64,000 nt of DNA from Candidatus Krumholzibacteriota bacterium (GTDB taxonomy: Bacteria > Krumholzibacteriota > Krumholzibacteriia > JAJRXK01). This document shows, piece by piece, positions 45,908 through 57,146 of this stretch. The position numbers and the translations under genes were made by a program. The stretch is taken from positions 1 through 64,000 of the forward strand of contig CAWDWO010000023.1 in NCBI GenBank assembly GCA_963806035.1, given 5' to 3'. Position 1 is the stretch's first letter; the number at the start of each line of letters is the position of its first letter. Below the pieces are notes generated by a model. It was not told the DNA's origin. It saw nothing but the letters and a program-made list of their open reading frames with translations, and did no database searches.

Positions 45908-48325
45908 TCAGTGTGTCCGGCTCTCCGTCGGACGGCTGCGTCCGGCTTTCAGCAGGGCGTCTTCTTTTGTCTCCTGCTTATCGGGCGGCAGGAGGACGAG
46001 CTCGAGCACTTCTTCCACGCGTGACACCAGATGCCACTTCAGCCCCTTGCGCACGTCCCGCGGAAGTTCGAGGTAGTCCTTCTCGTTGTCGGCGGGAATG
46101 ATGATGTGTTTGCAACCGAAGCGTTGCGCGGCCACCGCCTTCTCCGGCAGGCCCCCGATGGGAAGCACCTTCCCGCGAAGGGTCACCTCACCCGTCATGG
46201 CCATTTCGCGCCGCACCTTCCGCTCGGTCATCATGGACACCAGTGCGGTGGCCATGGCGGTCCCCGCGCTGGGTCCGTCCTTGGGCACGGCTCCCTCGGG
46301 CACGTGGATGTGGATGTCGTGCTGGTCGAGGAAGGCCTTGCTCTCGGGTACCACCGAGCGAGCGTAGCTGAGCGCGGTTCGCGCGCTTTCCCGCATCACT
46401 TCCTTCAGGTTGCCCGTCAAGGTCAGCCGGCCCTTGCCCGGCAGCGCGGAAACTTCGATCTCCAGAATCTCCCCGCCCACCGGAGTCCACGCGAGGCCGT
46501 TGACCACGCCCACCTCCGGCTCCTCCTCGACCATGCGATGCAGATACTTGGGCGCACCGAGGAAACGCTGCAGATTGCTGCGCTGGATGATGCGCGGCAT
46601 GGGACGTTTCTCGGCTTTGCGGCGCGCTACCCGGCGGCAGAGTGTCGCCAACTCGCGCTCGAGATTTCGTACACCAGCCTCCCGCGTATAGAGATTCACC
46701 GCGTCCTTTAGGGCGGATTCGCTCACCGTGAAGCGCGTGCGCTGAAGGCCGTGACTCCTGCGCACCTTGGGCAACAGGAAATTCTTCGCGATGAGAACCT
46801 TCTCGTGCTCGAGGTAGCCAGGAATGCGAATGATCTCCATGCGATCGCCCAGCGCGGGAGGAATCTGGTGCAAGACGTTCGCGGTGGTGATGAAGAAGAC
46901 TTCACTGAGGTCGAAGGGGACCTCGAGAAAGTGGTCGCTGTAGCTCTTGTTCTGTTCGGGATCGAGAACCTCGAGCAGCGCGGATGCGGGGTCACCGCGA
47001 AAGTCGCTGCCCAGTTTGTCGATTTCGTCCAGAAGGAAGACCGGATTGCGGGTACCCGCGCGCTTCAAGCCCTCCATGATCCGGCCCGGACGGCTCCCGA
47101 TGTAGGTGCGCCGGTGACCGCGGATTTCGGCTTCGTCGCGCACGCCGCCCAGACTCACGCGCACGAAATTGCGGCCCATGCTCTCGGCGATGCTGCGGCC
47201 CAAACTGGTTTTGCCGACCCCCGGAGGTCCGACGAGGCAGAGAATGGAACCCTGCAGGCGGCCGGTGAGCTTCACCACGCTCAAGAACTCGAGGATGCGC
47301 TCCTTGACCTTCTCCAGACCGTAGTGGTCGGCGTCGAGCCGCCGCCGGGCGCGGCGCGTGTCGAGTCGATCCTGGCTGCGGCTGGCCCAGGGCAGGCCCA
47401 GCAGGGTGTCGAGGTAGGTACGAACCACGGTGCTCTCGGGCGACATGGGAGCCATCTTGGCGAGACGGCCCACTTCCTTGAGCGCGATCTCGTGGGCCTC
47501 GTCGCTCATCTCGGCGCGTTCGATTCGCTTGATCAGCTCCTCGATCTCGTCGTCTTCCTCGGGCCCGTAGCCCAGCTCCTTACGGATCGCGCGCAGCTGC
47601 TCGTTGAGGTAGAACTCCTTCTGCCCCTTTTCCACCTGCTGTTTGACTTCGCCCTCGATCCTGCGCTCGACCCCGAGAATCTCGATCTCGCGTCGCAAGA
47701 TCTTGGCGAGCTCGCGCAAACGCAATGTGGTTGCCTGGTTCTCCAGAAGCTCCTGTCGCAGGGCGACTCCCACCACCAGCTGCGCGGCCACGGTATCGGC
47801 GAGAGAGTCGGGGTCCTCGATGCGCTGCACGGCCACGACGGTCTCGTCTGGAATGCGCTTGTGCAGGTGGACGTAGTCCTCGAAGAGCTCCACCACCTGG
47901 CGGCACAGGGCCTCCAACTCCGTGCTGGCGGGCTCAGTGACGACTTCACAGAGTCTGAAATCAACGGAGAGGTATCCCTCGTCCTGATGATGCGCGAGGA
48001 TTTCGGCGCGGGAGAGACCCTCGATGAGAATCTTGGTCGTTCCGTCGGGCAGACGCAGGACCTGATGGATTCGCACCAGAGTACCCATGGAGTAGATGTC
48101 TTCCGAACCGGGATCGGCGACTTCCGGCTCGCGCTGCGCGGCGACCACGAGCAACTTCTCTTCGTCGGCCGCCGCATTCAGAGCCAGGATGCTCCGCTCG
48201 CGCCCCACCAAAAGCGGCACGATGGCCCCCGGGAAGATCACCACGTCGCGCAGGGGCAACAGAGGCAAGCGGTTGGGCAATAGCCCCAGCTCCTCGGCGG
48301 TTTTGTCCTTGGTGCTCTTGCTCAT
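45908..48325 (-). CDS. lon: Lon protease
   Basis: LPLRDVVIFP, GPPGVGKTS, RGHRRTYIG, KDGPSAG, IGGLPEK. Confidence 0.97.
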   Translation of the reverse strand: MSKSTKDKTAEELGLLPNRLPLLPLRDVVIFPGAIVPLLVGRERSILALNAAADEEKLLVVAAQREPEVADPGSEDIYSMGTLVRIHQVLRLPDGTTKILIEGLSRAEILAHHQDEGYLSVDFRLCEVVTEPASTELEALCRQVVELFEDYVHLHKRIPDETVVAVQRIEDPDSLADTVAAQLVVGVALRQELLENQATTLRLRELAKILRREIEILGVERRIEGEVKQQVEKGQKEFYLNEQLRAIRKELGYGPEEDDEIEELIKRIERAEMSDEAHEIALKEVGRLAKMAPMSPESTVVRTYLDTLLGLPWASRSQDRLDTRRARRRLDADHYGLEKVKERILEFLSVVKLTGRLQGSILCLVGPPGVGKTSLGRSIAESMGRNFVRVSLGGVRDEAEIRGHRRTYIGSRPGRIMEGLKRAGTRNPVFLLDEIDKLGSDFRGDPASALLEVLDPEQNKSYSDHFLEVPFDLSEVFFITTANVLHQIPPALGDRMEIIRIPGYLEHEKVLIAKNFLLPKVRRSHGLQRTRFTVSESALKDAVNLYTREAGVRNLERELATLCRRVARRKAEKRPMPRIIQRSNLQRFLGAPKYLHRMVEEEPEVGVVNGLAWTPVGGEILEIEVSALPGKGRLTLTGNLKEVMRESARTALSYARSVVPESKAFLDQHDIHIHVPEGAVPKDGPSAGTAMATALVSMMTERKVRREMAMTGEVTLRGKVLPIGGLPEKAVAAQRFGCKHIIIPADNEKDYLELPRDVRKGLKWHLVSRVEEVLELVLLPPDKQETKEDALLKAGRSRPTESRTH

Positions 48326-48408
48326 GCTTGCTCTCCTACACACTCAAGGCCCGCACGAGGCGGGCCTTGGTTGTTCATCAACAGCAGGCGCAAAGCCGCC
48401 CGCGTCAC

Positions 48409-49665
48409 TCAAGCCTCGCGAACTCGTAATTGATCACGGCCGGTATAGACGATGGGCTCTTCGCCCTCTTCGATACAGCGGCGGTTGATGACGACCTTCT
48501 GCACGTCCTTCGACGAGGGAATGTCGAACATCAGATTGAGCATGGTTTCCTCGAGGATCGCCCTCAGACCCCGCGCACCGGTCTTGCGCACGATCGCCAT
48601 TCTTGCGATCGCCCGCAGAGCATCCTCTTCCAGAATCAACTCGACGTCTTCCATTTCGAAGAGTTTCTCGTACTGACGCACGAGCGCGTTCTTGGGTTCG
48701 GTGAGAATCCGAACCATCGCATCCTCGTCGAGTTCTTCCAGAGTAGCGACGACAGGGAGTCGTCCCACCAGCTCGGGAATGAGCCCAAATTTCATGAGAT
48801 CGCCGGGTTCCATCTTTTGCAGAGTCTTGAAGCGCTTGTCCCTCTTGCTTCCGCCCTTGGTGCGCTCGAAGCCGAGGATCTTCTCGCCGGTGCGCTGCTG
48901 AATGATGCGGTCGAGGCCTTCGAAGGCGCCGCCGCAAATGAACAGGATGTCGCGCGTGTTCACTTCCAGGTACTTCTGCTGCGGATGCTTCCGTCCACCC
49001 TGCGGCGGAACGTTCGCCACCGTTCCCTCCAGAAGCTTGAGCAGAGCCTGCTGCACCCCTTCGCCCGACACGTCGCGCGTGATGGAGGGGTTGTCGCTCT
49101 TGCGGGAGATCTTGTCGATCTCGTCGATGTAGATGATTCCGCGTTCGGCAGCCGCCAGATTGTAGTCGGCGTTCTGCAACAGTTTCACGAGGATGTTCTC
49201 GACGTCTTCGCCCACGTAGCCGGCTTCGGTCAGAGCCGTTGCATCCACGATGGCAAACGGGACCTTCAGAATGCGCGCCAGAGTCTGCGCGAGCAGAGTC
49301 TTGCCGGTACCGGTCGGACCGACGAAGAGGATGTTGCTCTTGTCGAGTTCGATGTCGTCCGCGTCGTGGCGGTGGTTGATGCGCTTGTAGTGGTTGTAGA
49401 CCGCGACGGCCAGAGTGCGCTTGGCCTGCTCCTGCCCCACCACGTAGTGATCGATCAATTCCTTCATGTCCTGGGGCTTGGGAAAATCCCCGGTGTCCAG
49501 AGTATTGATCGCGGGCAGTTCGTCCTCGAGGATGTCGTTGCAGAGCTTGATGCACTCGTTGCAGATGTATACCGAAGGACCGGACACCAGCTTGGCGACC
49601 TCATCCTGTCCCCGTCCACAGAACGAGCACTTGATGACTTGAGGTGATCCGTTCTTGGTCTTCAT
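48409..49665 (-). CDS. clpX: ClpX ATPase
   Basis: CSFCG...CNEC zinc finger, [25 protein letters not shown] loop. Confidence 0.97.
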   Translation of the reverse strand: MKTKNGSPQVIKCSFCGRGQDEVAKLVSGPSVYICNECIKLCNDILEDELPAINTLDTGDFPKPQDMKELIDHYVVGQEQAKRTLAVAVYNHYKRINHRHDADDIELDKSNILFVGPTGTGKTLLAQTLARILKVPFAIVDATALTEAGYVGEDVENILVKLLQNADYNLAAAERGIIYIDEIDKISRKSDNPSITRDVSGEGVQQALLKLLEGTVANVPPQGGRKHPQQKYLEVNTRDILFICGGAFEGLDRIIQQRTGEKILGFERTKGGSKRDKRFKTLQKMEPGDLMKFGLIPELVGRLPVVATLEELDEDAMVRILTEPKNALVRQYEKLFEMEDVELILEEDALRAIARMAIVRKTGARGLRAILEETMLNLMFDIPSSKDVQKVVINRRCIEEGEEPIVYTGRDQLRVREA

Positions 49666-49713
49666 TCCTACTCGCTCCATCCAGGGACTGCGTTTCGGCG
49701 GCCGAGACTAGAC

Positions 49714-50322
49714 TCAGCCGTCCTTGCTATCCCGACCCAGTTCCTCTCGCTTCTCGATGACCTTGTCGACGATGCCGTATTCCTTGGCTTCTTCTGCCGA
49801 CATGAAGAAGTCGCGGTCGGTGTCCTTGGCGATCTTCTTGAGTGACTGCTTGGTGTGGCCGGCCAAAATCTCGTTCAATCGGTCCCGCATGTACAGGATT
49901 TCCCTGGCGTAGATCTCGATCATGGCCGCCTGTCCCTGCGAACCCCCCATGGGCTGGTGGATCATGATGCGCGCGTGGGGCAGCGCCGAACGCTTGCCGG
50001 ACGCGCCGGCCGCCATGAGGACGGCCGCCATCGAGGCCGCCTGCCCCATGCAGATCGTCGCGACATCATTGGAAATGTACTGCATGGTGTCGTAGATGGC
50101 CAAACCGGCCGAAATCACGCCACCGGGCGAGTTGATGTACAAATAGATGTCGCGGTCGGAATCCTCGGCCTGCAAAAAGAGCATCTGCGCGATGACCAAA
50201 TTTGCCACACTGTCGTCAATCGGCGAACCGATGAAGACGATTCGATCCTTGAGCAAACGGCTGTAAATATCGTACGCCCGTTCGCCGCGACCCGTTTGTT
50301 CCACCACCATGGGAACCAGCAT
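49714..50322 (-). CDS. clpP: ClpP protease
   Basis: [29 protein letters not shown]. Confidence 0.97.
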   Translation of the reverse strand: MLVPMVVEQTGRGERAYDIYSRLLKDRIVFIGSPIDDSVANLVIAQMLFLQAEDSDRDIYLYINSPGGVISAGLAIYDTMQYISNDVATICMGQAASMAAVLMAAGASGKRSALPHARIMIHQPMGGSQGQAAMIEIYAREILYMRDRLNEILAGHTKQSLKKIAKDTDRDFFMSAEEAKEYGIVDKVIEKREELGRDSKDG

Positions 50323-50361
50323 CTGTGATCTCCTTGAGGGAAAGGGGCCCCGGGGCCCGCT

Positions 50362-51741
50362 CTACTTCTCGCTCTCGTCCTCGGTCTTTTCCTGTGCGGT
50401 CTCGGCTGCTTCGGCCTCGCCCGCTGCCTCCGCATCCAACTCCTCGGCGCTCTTGTGCACCACTTTCACCTGAACCTGCTCGGAGAGCCAGTCGAAAACA
50501 CGGTCCTCCTCGAGTTCCATGCGCAAATGAGCGAGCCCGTTCTTGCTCTTCAGCGCCTGCTGCACCTGCTCCACGGTGGCATCGCGCTGCGCCGCGATCT
50601 CCTCGATGCGCACCTGAAGCTCTTCCTCCCCCACCTCGATCCCCTGCGCCTTCTTGATGTGATCGACGAGCAGCCAACGCTGCGTCGCGCGGCGCGCCGA
50701 GGGCGAATAGCTCTCCGCGAGCTTCTTGCGCGTTTCCGCGTCGAAATCCCGCCCGGAACTGTGCTTCAGATCCTCGATCATCGCTTGCACGTAGCGTGCC
50801 TCGAGGGTGGGCGGAACCGCTACGGCATTCACCTTTAGAACCTCGTCGATCAACGACTCGCGGAAGTGCCGCTTGCTCTCGCTTTCGGCCGTCTTCACCA
50901 GATCGTCCCGCACCGCTACTTTCAGTTCCTCGAGAGTCTCGTACGGACCGAGACTCTTCGCGAAATCATCATCGAGCTGCGGGATCTGCTTCTCCTTGAT
51001 TTCGTTGACGCGCACTTCGAAACTCATGGTCTTGCCGGCCAAATCCTCGCGCGGATAATCGTCGGGGTAGCTCACCTCGACCTGGGTATCCTCCCCCTTT
51101 TGCAAACCCGCCAGCGCCGCGTTGAACTCGGGCAGCACGCTGGTGCCCCCCAGCTCCATCGCGTAGTTCTTGGTACGCTCGGCCTCGTTGGGCGTTCCAT
51201 CCTCGCCGAGGGGGGCATAGTCGATCATGAGGGCGTCGCCGTCGCGTGCTTCCCTTTCCACCGGGGCCCAGCTCGCATTGCGCGCGGCGATCTCCCGCAT
51301 GGCGGCCTCCACACGCTGCTCGGAAATCTCGATCTCCACCCTGTCGACCTGGCACGACTCCAGACCCTGCAGCTCGATCTCCGGACGCACCTCGATCTGC
51401 AGGTCGAAGCCCACCGGCTGCCCCTCTTCCAGACTCAACTTGTCCACCGTGGGCTCCCCCACCGGCTCCAGTTCCTCGTGGGCCCTGAGAATCTCCCGGT
51501 AGGCCTCGGGCACCACTCGTTCGAGCGACTCCCGCTCCACCTGAGCCGCATACTCGTTGCGGATGATCTTGGGAGGGACCTTGCCCTTACGGAAACCGGG
51601 ACGATTCACCTGCTTGCGCAGATCGCCCACGACCTTCTCGCGAATGGCTTCCATGTGATCGGGGCTGACGGTGACGTGCGCGACGCGCTTCCACGCCTCT
51701 TCGGCAGCCTCCAGCTGAAATTCGATTGCTTTCTCGCTCAT
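50362..51741 (-). CDS. tig: Trigger factor
   Basis: PGFRKGKVP, FKBP-like domain (YPDDY..EDLAGK), LDDDFAK. Confidence 0.95.
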   Translation of the reverse strand: MSEKAIEFQLEAAEEAWKRVAHVTVSPDHMEAIREKVVGDLRKQVNRPGFRKGKVPPKIIRNEYAAQVERESLERVVPEAYREILRAHEELEPVGEPTVDKLSLEEGQPVGFDLQIEVRPEIELQGLESCQVDRVEIEISEQRVEAAMREIAARNASWAPVEREARDGDALMIDYAPLGEDGTPNEAERTKNYAMELGGTSVLPEFNAALAGLQKGEDTQVEVSYPDDYPREDLAGKTMSFEVRVNEIKEKQIPQLDDDFAKSLGPYETLEELKVAVRDDLVKTAESESKRHFRESLIDEVLKVNAVAVPPTLEARYVQAMIEDLKHSSGRDFDAETRKKLAESYSPSARRATQRWLLVDHIKKAQGIEVGEEELQVRIEEIAAQRDATVEQVQQALKSKNGLAHLRMELEEDRVFDWLSEQVQVKVVHKSAEELDAEAAGEAEAAETAQEKTEDESEK

Positions 51742-51791
51742 CGCCTTGGCTATCCTTGGCCCTTTGGGCCGTTTGGTGGGCGGGAACTCAC

Positions 51792-51876
51792 TGGTGCGCG
51801 AGGGGGGACTCGAACCCCCACGAGTTGCCTCACAGGGACCTAAACCCTGCGCGTCTGCCAGTTCCGCCACTCGCGC
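51792..51876 (-). tRNA. tRNA-Leu (TAG)
   Basis: GCGCGAGTGGCGGAACTGGCAGACGCGCAGGGTTTAGGTCCCTGTGAGGCAACTCGTGGGGGTTCGAGTCCCCCCTCGCGCACCA; long variable arm. Confidence 0.97.
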
Positions 51877-51978
51877 TCCGTGGTCGTCGAACACCCCGCG
51901 TCCGCTGCCCATCCAGCGGCATAAATCCCTGTATTTTGGTGACTTAGCCGGTGAGCTCTCGGAGACGTGGGAGGATAT

Positions 51979-52007
51979 ACTATAGGTGTGAAGTGAGGGG
52001 TGGTCAA
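51979..52007 (-). promoter_or_regulatory. Sigma70 promoter for the tRNA-Leu-tig-clpPX-lon operon
   Basis: TTGACC-17 bp-TATAGT on the minus strand. Confidence 0.7.
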
Positions 52008-52073
52008 GCCGAGCCACCCCTCATTTGTCGATGGGTTCGATACTTGTCGAAGTATCGAAGAGATAGGGGCCGC

Positions 52074-53123
52074 CTAACGCGACAGCTCTGCGAGTATGAG
52101 ATCTGTATATTCGGATGTTTTGAGCCCGCTGGAAGTACTCAGAGAGGGAATCTTGCGACTGGCGATGGCGCTCTGGATGGCGCCCTCGATCAGCTGCCCC
52201 CCTTCGGGATAGCCCAGGAACTCGACCATCATTCCCACCGCGGAGATGGTCGCCACCGGACAGGCCTTCTGCTGGCCGCGGTACTTCGGCGCCGAGCCGT
52301 GGATCGGCTCGAACATGCTCACCTGGCCCGGGTGGATGTTGCCGCTGGCCGCCACGCCCAAACCGCCCTGAATCATGGCTCCGATGTCGGTCACGATGTC
52401 GCCGAACATGTTGTCCACCACCGCCACGTCGAACCACTCGGGGTTCTTCACCATCCACATACAGGCGGCGTCGATGTAGGCGTGGTCCTGCTCGACCTGC
52501 GGGAACTCCTCGCCCACCTCGGCGAAGGTCCGGGTCCACAGTTCTTGGCTGCGCAGCGCATTGGCCTTGTCGATCAGGGTCAGCTTCTTGCGCGGACGCT
52601 TGGCGGCCAGCTCGTAGGCGTAGCGCACCGCGCGCTCGATCCCCTTGCGCGTGTTCACCATCTCCTGGGTCGTGATCTCGTCCGGCGTGCCCTTTTTGAA
52701 TACCCCGTGGATCTGGCAGTAGAGACTCTCCGTGTTCTCGCGCACGAAGATCATGTCGATGTCTTGGGGGGTTTTGTCCTTCAAGGGACAGAGGTCCTGG
52801 TGGTAGAGCTTCACCGGCCTCAGGTTGAGGTACATGTCGAGCTTCCAGCGTATCCCACCGATGATCGCGCGCTCGAGCAAGCCCACCTCCACCCTCGGGT
52901 CGCCGATGGCGCCCAGCAGGATGGCATCCAGCTCCCGGTATTCGCTCAGGACCGAATCGGGCATGGTTTCCCCGGTCTCGAGATAGTGGTCCGCCCCGAA
53001 GGGGTACTCCACCGTCTCGTACTCGAGCCCCACCCGGGGCCCGACCTCGCGCAGCACGCGAAGGCCTTCCTCGACGACTTCCGGGCCGATTCCATCGCCC
53101 GCCACGACTCCGATCCGCTTCAT
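52074..53123 (-). CDS. 3-isopropylmalate/tartrate dehydrogenase family protein (LeuB-like)
   Basis: GDGIGPEV, NLRPVK, RENTE, DKAN, NMFGDIVTD, EPIHGSAP. Confidence 0.88.
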   Translation of the reverse strand: MKRIGVVAGDGIGPEVVEEGLRVLREVGPRVGLEYETVEYPFGADHYLETGETMPDSVLSEYRELDAILLGAIGDPRVEVGLLERAIIGGIRWKLDMYLNLRPVKLYHQDLCPLKDKTPQDIDMIFVRENTESLYCQIHGVFKKGTPDEITTQEMVNTRKGIERAVRYAYELAAKRPRKKLTLIDKANALRSQELWTRTFAEVGEEFPQVEQDHAYIDAACMWMVKNPEWFDVAVVDNMFGDIVTDIGAMIQGGLGVAASGNIHPGQVSMFEPIHGSAPKYRGQQKACPVATISAVGMMVEFLGYPEGGQLIEGAIQSAIASRKIPSLSTSSGLKTSEYTDLILAELSR

Positions 53124-53258
53124 GATTTCCTCCCGAATTTTCGCACTAAAATCTCGGTTTTGATGCCGTCCGGCCGCTGCCTACCATTGGTCCGGTGGGG
53201 TGCTCCAACTCTGTCCCCCTGGGCATCCCCCAGATCGCCTCGCTGAGGAGGTGGGAGA

Positions 53259-53717
53259 ATGTTGCCCGTGAAGACCATACTCTATCCAACTGATTTCTCC
53301 GAGAACGCGCGTCACGCGATTCCGCACCTGCTCGAGGTCGCCAAGTGCTTCTCGGCCCAGATCCATCTGCTTCATGTGGTCGAGACCAGCCTCCAGGTTG
53401 CTGACGTCAGCTGGTCGGCCGCGCAACCCGAGATGGATACCCGAATTCACGAGGCCGCGAAAGAGCGGCTCGAAAAACTGGCGGAAGAAATCGGGCTGCC
53501 CAAGGAAAGACTCTCGCTCGCCGTGGTCGACGGTCACCCGTCCCTCGAAATCACTCGTTACGCCAAAGCGCACGAAATCGACATGATCGTCATGTCCACT
53601 CATGGGCATTCCGGACTGAGCCATTTCCTGCTCGGCAGCGTCACTGAGAGAGTGGTGCGCAAGGCCTCCTGTCCGGTCCTCACGGTTCGCGCCGACCTGG
53701 ACGAGGACGAAAGCTAG
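53259..53717 (+). CDS. Universal stress protein
   Basis: ILYPTDFS, DMIVMSTHG, LGSVTERVVR. Confidence 0.92.
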   Translation: MLPVKTILYPTDFSENARHAIPHLLEVAKCFSAQIHLLHVVETSLQVADVSWSAAQPEMDTRIHEAAKERLEKLAEEIGLPKERLSLAVVDGHPSLEITRYAKAHEIDMIVMSTHGHSGLSHFLLGSVTERVVRKASCPVLTVRADLDEDES

Positions 53718-55720
53718 GCCACGAGCGAGGGCTCGTAAGCCTCGATCTGGCCCGCCAGCGCGCTCGCCGCCACGGTATACGGGCTGGCCAGGTACATCTG
53801 CCCCGGTCCGCTGCGGCCCGGGAAATTGCGGTTGATCGCCGAGACCGTCACCTGATCCCGATTGTCACTCACGCCGGGGCCCGCGTTGATGCAGGCGCCG
53901 CAAGAGGGCTCGATCACGCGCGCCCCCACTTTCTCGAAGAGCTCGAGGTAGCCACGTTCTCTGCAGTACTCCTTCACTTCCTGGCTTCCAAACTGAATCC
54001 AGAAGGTGACCTCGGGATGGACACGGCGACCAGCGCTGAGCGCGCTCTCGAGCACCTCCGCGTACATGTCCATGTCTTCCTTCTTGCCCGCGGTGCAGGA
54101 GCCGGCGTAGGCGATGTCAATTTTCACCCTATAGGGCAGTTCTGAGATGGCGACGCCGTTGCCTGGATCTCCGGGAAGCGCGACCAGGGGCTCGATGCTG
54201 GCGGCGTCGAAATGGATGGTCTCCGCGTAGCGCGCGTCGGGATCGCTCCTCAGACCCTCGATGAGCTTCTCCGCTTCCTCGCGCTCCATCCCACGCCAGT
54301 CCATCAGGAATTCCACCGTCTTTTCGTCGGGCGCCACGATGCCGGTGAGCGCTCCCACCTCGGCCGCCATGTTGGTCATCGTCGCGCGCTCGTCGACGCT
54401 CAGTTCCTCCACCGCCGCGCCGCAATACTCCACGATCTTGCCGATGGCCTGTCCGTCCCGCACATAGGGATGGCGCAGAATTTCCAGCATGAAGTCCTTC
54501 GCGGTCACTCCCGGACGCCGCTTGCCGGTGATCTCGATTTTGACGCTCTCGGGGACGCGCGCCATGGTGTCCTTGGTGATCCAGGAATTGAAGATGGCGG
54601 TGGTGCCCACGCCGAACGCAACGCATCCCAGCGCTCCGCTGTGTGGAGTGTGACTGTCGGTGCCGATGATGAGTTGGCCCGGCAAAGCGTAACTCTGCGT
54701 GACTTTCGAGTGGCAGATGGCTTCGCTCCCGCCGGCGGGAGTTTCCCCGTGGAGAGTGATGCCCTGATCCTTCGCGAACTGTGCCTGCTTGGTCGCCAGG
54801 CTCTGCGCCACCGTCAAGAGGCCGGCGTCGATGCGCTCCTGGGTCATCGCCATTTCCAGGAAGGTGAGATGGTCGCGGAAGAACACGACGCTGTCGCGAT
54901 CGCGCAGCGGCACCTCCTTGCCCACCAGACTCTCGTAGAAGATCGCGGCCATGGGTGTGACGTACTCATGCGAGAAACGCAGATCACAGCGCACGAAACC
55001 GCTGTCGCCGGGAGCCACCGCCTTCACTCCGACCTCATCCTTGGCCAAGTCGGTGACCATGTGCTTGGCGAAGATCTTCTCGGCCACGGTCATGGGGCGC
55101 GCCGCGGTCTCGATGGCGGGGATGACGACCTTGCCCTGCAGACGCGCGAGATTGAAGTTGAAGAGCCCGCCGTACTCGATGATCTGCCGCGTGACCTCGT
55201 CCTTGCCCTCGGTGAACACGCTCAGGGGAATCGTCTCCCCCGCCTTGACGCGCTCGAGGACCGAGAAGTCCGTGGTGGCCAGCATCCCCAGGTTCAGACA
55301 ATTCTGGTGGTAGATCCGCTCGATGTTCTCCGCGACGACGAGCTTGATTCCCGCCATCAGCTCCGCGTAGGGAGACTGCTCGCGGCTGCTTCCCTTGCCC
55401 CGCCGTTTGCCGCTCACCGAAACCGCGAAGCCCCCCTGGCGCACGCTCTTCTCGTTCACGGGGAATTCCCCGCCCGCTTGAAGCCCCAAGTAGGGAAAGT
55501 CACCCAGCGTTTCGTCGTGGTAGTAACAGATGTAGGCGGGAGTGATCTCGTCCGTCGAGATGTTGTCGCGTAGTTTCATCGCCGGGACCCATTCCAGGTC
55601 CTCTCCGGCGAGCTGGCGGCGGATCAAATCGGGGTCCTCGGTCAGATACAGAATGCGGCCCTCGATCTTCACCTGCGGATCACGTTTCTTCACTTCACGC
55701 TGACTCAAAGGCGTGCTCAT
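53714..55720 (-). CDS. Aconitase-family dehydratase with N-terminal swivel (LeuD-like) domain fused to a LeuC-like domain
   Basis: DNISTDEITP, GKGSSREQ (small-subunit motifs) precede DSHT, NMAAEVG, GSCT, CGAC, NRNFPGRSG, LASP. Confidence 0.85.
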   Translation of the reverse strand: MSTPLSQREVKKRDPQVKIEGRILYLTEDPDLIRRQLAGEDLEWVPAMKLRDNISTDEITPAYICYYHDETLGDFPYLGLQAGGEFPVNEKSVRQGGFAVSVSGKRRGKGSSREQSPYAELMAGIKLVVAENIERIYHQNCLNLGMLATTDFSVLERVKAGETIPLSVFTEGKDEVTRQIIEYGGLFNFNLARLQGKVVIPAIETAARPMTVAEKIFAKHMVTDLAKDEVGVKAVAPGDSGFVRCDLRFSHEYVTPMAAIFYESLVGKEVPLRDRDSVVFFRDHLTFLEMAMTQERIDAGLLTVAQSLATKQAQFAKDQGITLHGETPAGGSEAICHSKVTQSYALPGQLIIGTDSHTPHSGALGCVAFGVGTTAIFNSWITKDTMARVPESVKIEITGKRRPGVTAKDFMLEILRHPYVRDGQAIGKIVEYCGAAVEELSVDERATMTNMAAEVGALTGIVAPDEKTVEFLMDWRGMEREEAEKLIEGLRSDPDARYAETIHFDAASIEPLVALPGDPGNGVAISELPYRVKIDIAYAGSCTAGKKEDMDMYAEVLESALSAGRRVHPEVTFWIQFGSQEVKEYCRERGYLELFEKVGARVIEPSCGACINAGPGVSDNRDQVTVSAINRNFPGRSGPGQMYLASPYTVAASALAGQIEAYEPSLVA

Positions 55721-55779
55721 GTTCGAAGCTCTCTCCTCTGCGAATTCGTAATTTCGAGCGCCTCTTTGGGCGCTTCGCT

Positions 55780-57000
55780 TCACGCGGCCTGGGGATTTTC
55801 GATGAGCATCGCGATGCCCTGTCCCCCGCCGATGCAAGCGCTGGCGATGCCGTAACGGAGCTTCTGCCGGCGCAGTTCCAAGCCAAGGGTCAAAAGCAGT
55901 CGAGTGCCCGTGGCCGCCAAAGGATGCCCGATGGCGATGGCCCCTCCGTTGACGTTCACCTTGTCCCGGTCCAAGCCGAGCTGCTTTTCCACCGCGAGAT
56001 ACTGCGCCGCGAACGCTTCGTTGATTTCGAAACGGTCGATCTGCGCCAGCTCGAGCCCGGCCTTTTGCAGAACCGCCGTAATGGCGGGCACCGGACCGAT
56101 GCCCATGCGCGTGGGTTCGACTCCCACGACCGCGTGGGTCACGATCCTCGCCAGGGGATCCAGCTTGTCCTCTCTCATCGTGCTTTCCTTGACGACGAGC
56201 ACGGCGGCCGCCCCATCCACCAGGCCACTCGCGTTTCCGGGAGTGACGAAGCCGTCCTTGGCGAAGGCGGGACGCAGCTTGCTCAATCCTTCCAAAGTGC
56301 AGTTGGGAAAGAAATGATCGTCGTGCTGAAAGTCCATGCTCTGGCCGCGTCCCAGAGACACCTCCACCGGAGCGACTTCCTCGTCGAGTACTCCGCTCTG
56401 GATGGCTTTCTCGGCCGCGTTGAACGAGCGCAGTGCGAATTCATCCTGTGCCTCGCGCGAGATGGAAAAGTCGCGAGCGAGGTTTTCCGCAGTGACTGCC
56501 ATGTAGCATTTGGAATAGGAGTCCATGAGCGAGGCCATCAAATAGTCCTCGAGTTCGCCCTGACCGAGCTTCAAGCCCTGCCGGGCGCCGCGGACAACGA
56601 AGGGCGCCTGCGAGAGGTTCTCCATGCCGCCGGCCAGGACGATCTTGCTGTGTCCGAGAAGGATGCGCGCCTCGGCCTGGACCACGGCCTCGATTCCCGA
56701 CCCACAGAGGCGATTCACGGTGAGAGCGGGGCGCTCCTTGGGAACGCCGGCTTTCAACGCCACGTGACGTGCCCCGTAAATGGCGTCGGGAGAGGTCTGG
56801 AGCGCATTGCCGAAGATCACTTCGTCCACTCTCTCCGGCGAGATTCCACTCTTCTCGAGAGCGGCTTTGGAGGCATGCACGCCGAGATCGATGGCACTGA
56901 TCCTGGCAAACGCTCCTCCCGGCTTTCCTTCGCCCGTCTTCCCTCCAGCCCATTCCGCCATGGGCGTACGCGCTCCCGCTACGATATAGGCGCTCTCCAC
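55780..57000 (-). CDS. Acetyl-CoA C-acyltransferase (thiolase)
   Basis: NRLCGSG, NEAFAAQ, GHPLAATG, CIGGGQG. Confidence 0.95.
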   Translation of the reverse strand: MESAYIVAGARTPMAEWAGGKTGEGKPGGAFARISAIDLGVHASKAALEKSGISPERVDEVIFGNALQTSPDAIYGARHVALKAGVPKERPALTVNRLCGSGIEAVVQAEARILLGHSKIVLAGGMENLSQAPFVVRGARQGLKLGQGELEDYLMASLMDSYSKCYMAVTAENLARDFSISREAQDEFALRSFNAAEKAIQSGVLDEEVAPVEVSLGRGQSMDFQHDDHFFPNCTLEGLSKLRPAFAKDGFVTPGNASGLVDGAAAVLVVKESTMREDKLDPLARIVTHAVVGVEPTRMGIGPVPAITAVLQKAGLELAQIDRFEINEAFAAQYLAVEKQLGLDRDKVNVNGGAIAIGHPLAATGTRLLLTLGLELRRQKLRYGIASACIGGGQGIAMLIENPQAA

Positions 57001-57146
57001 TGGCTCATCCCTCTTCTGAAGTGGTGGTGCACGAGGGGGCTCTCGGGGGGCGTTGACAAACGCCCCAGAGCCCCGATTTCGGCAGACAATATAGCGGAAA
57101 CGGCCAAGCTCGCCGAACGGTCATCCGTACGCTGCCCGGCGAATGC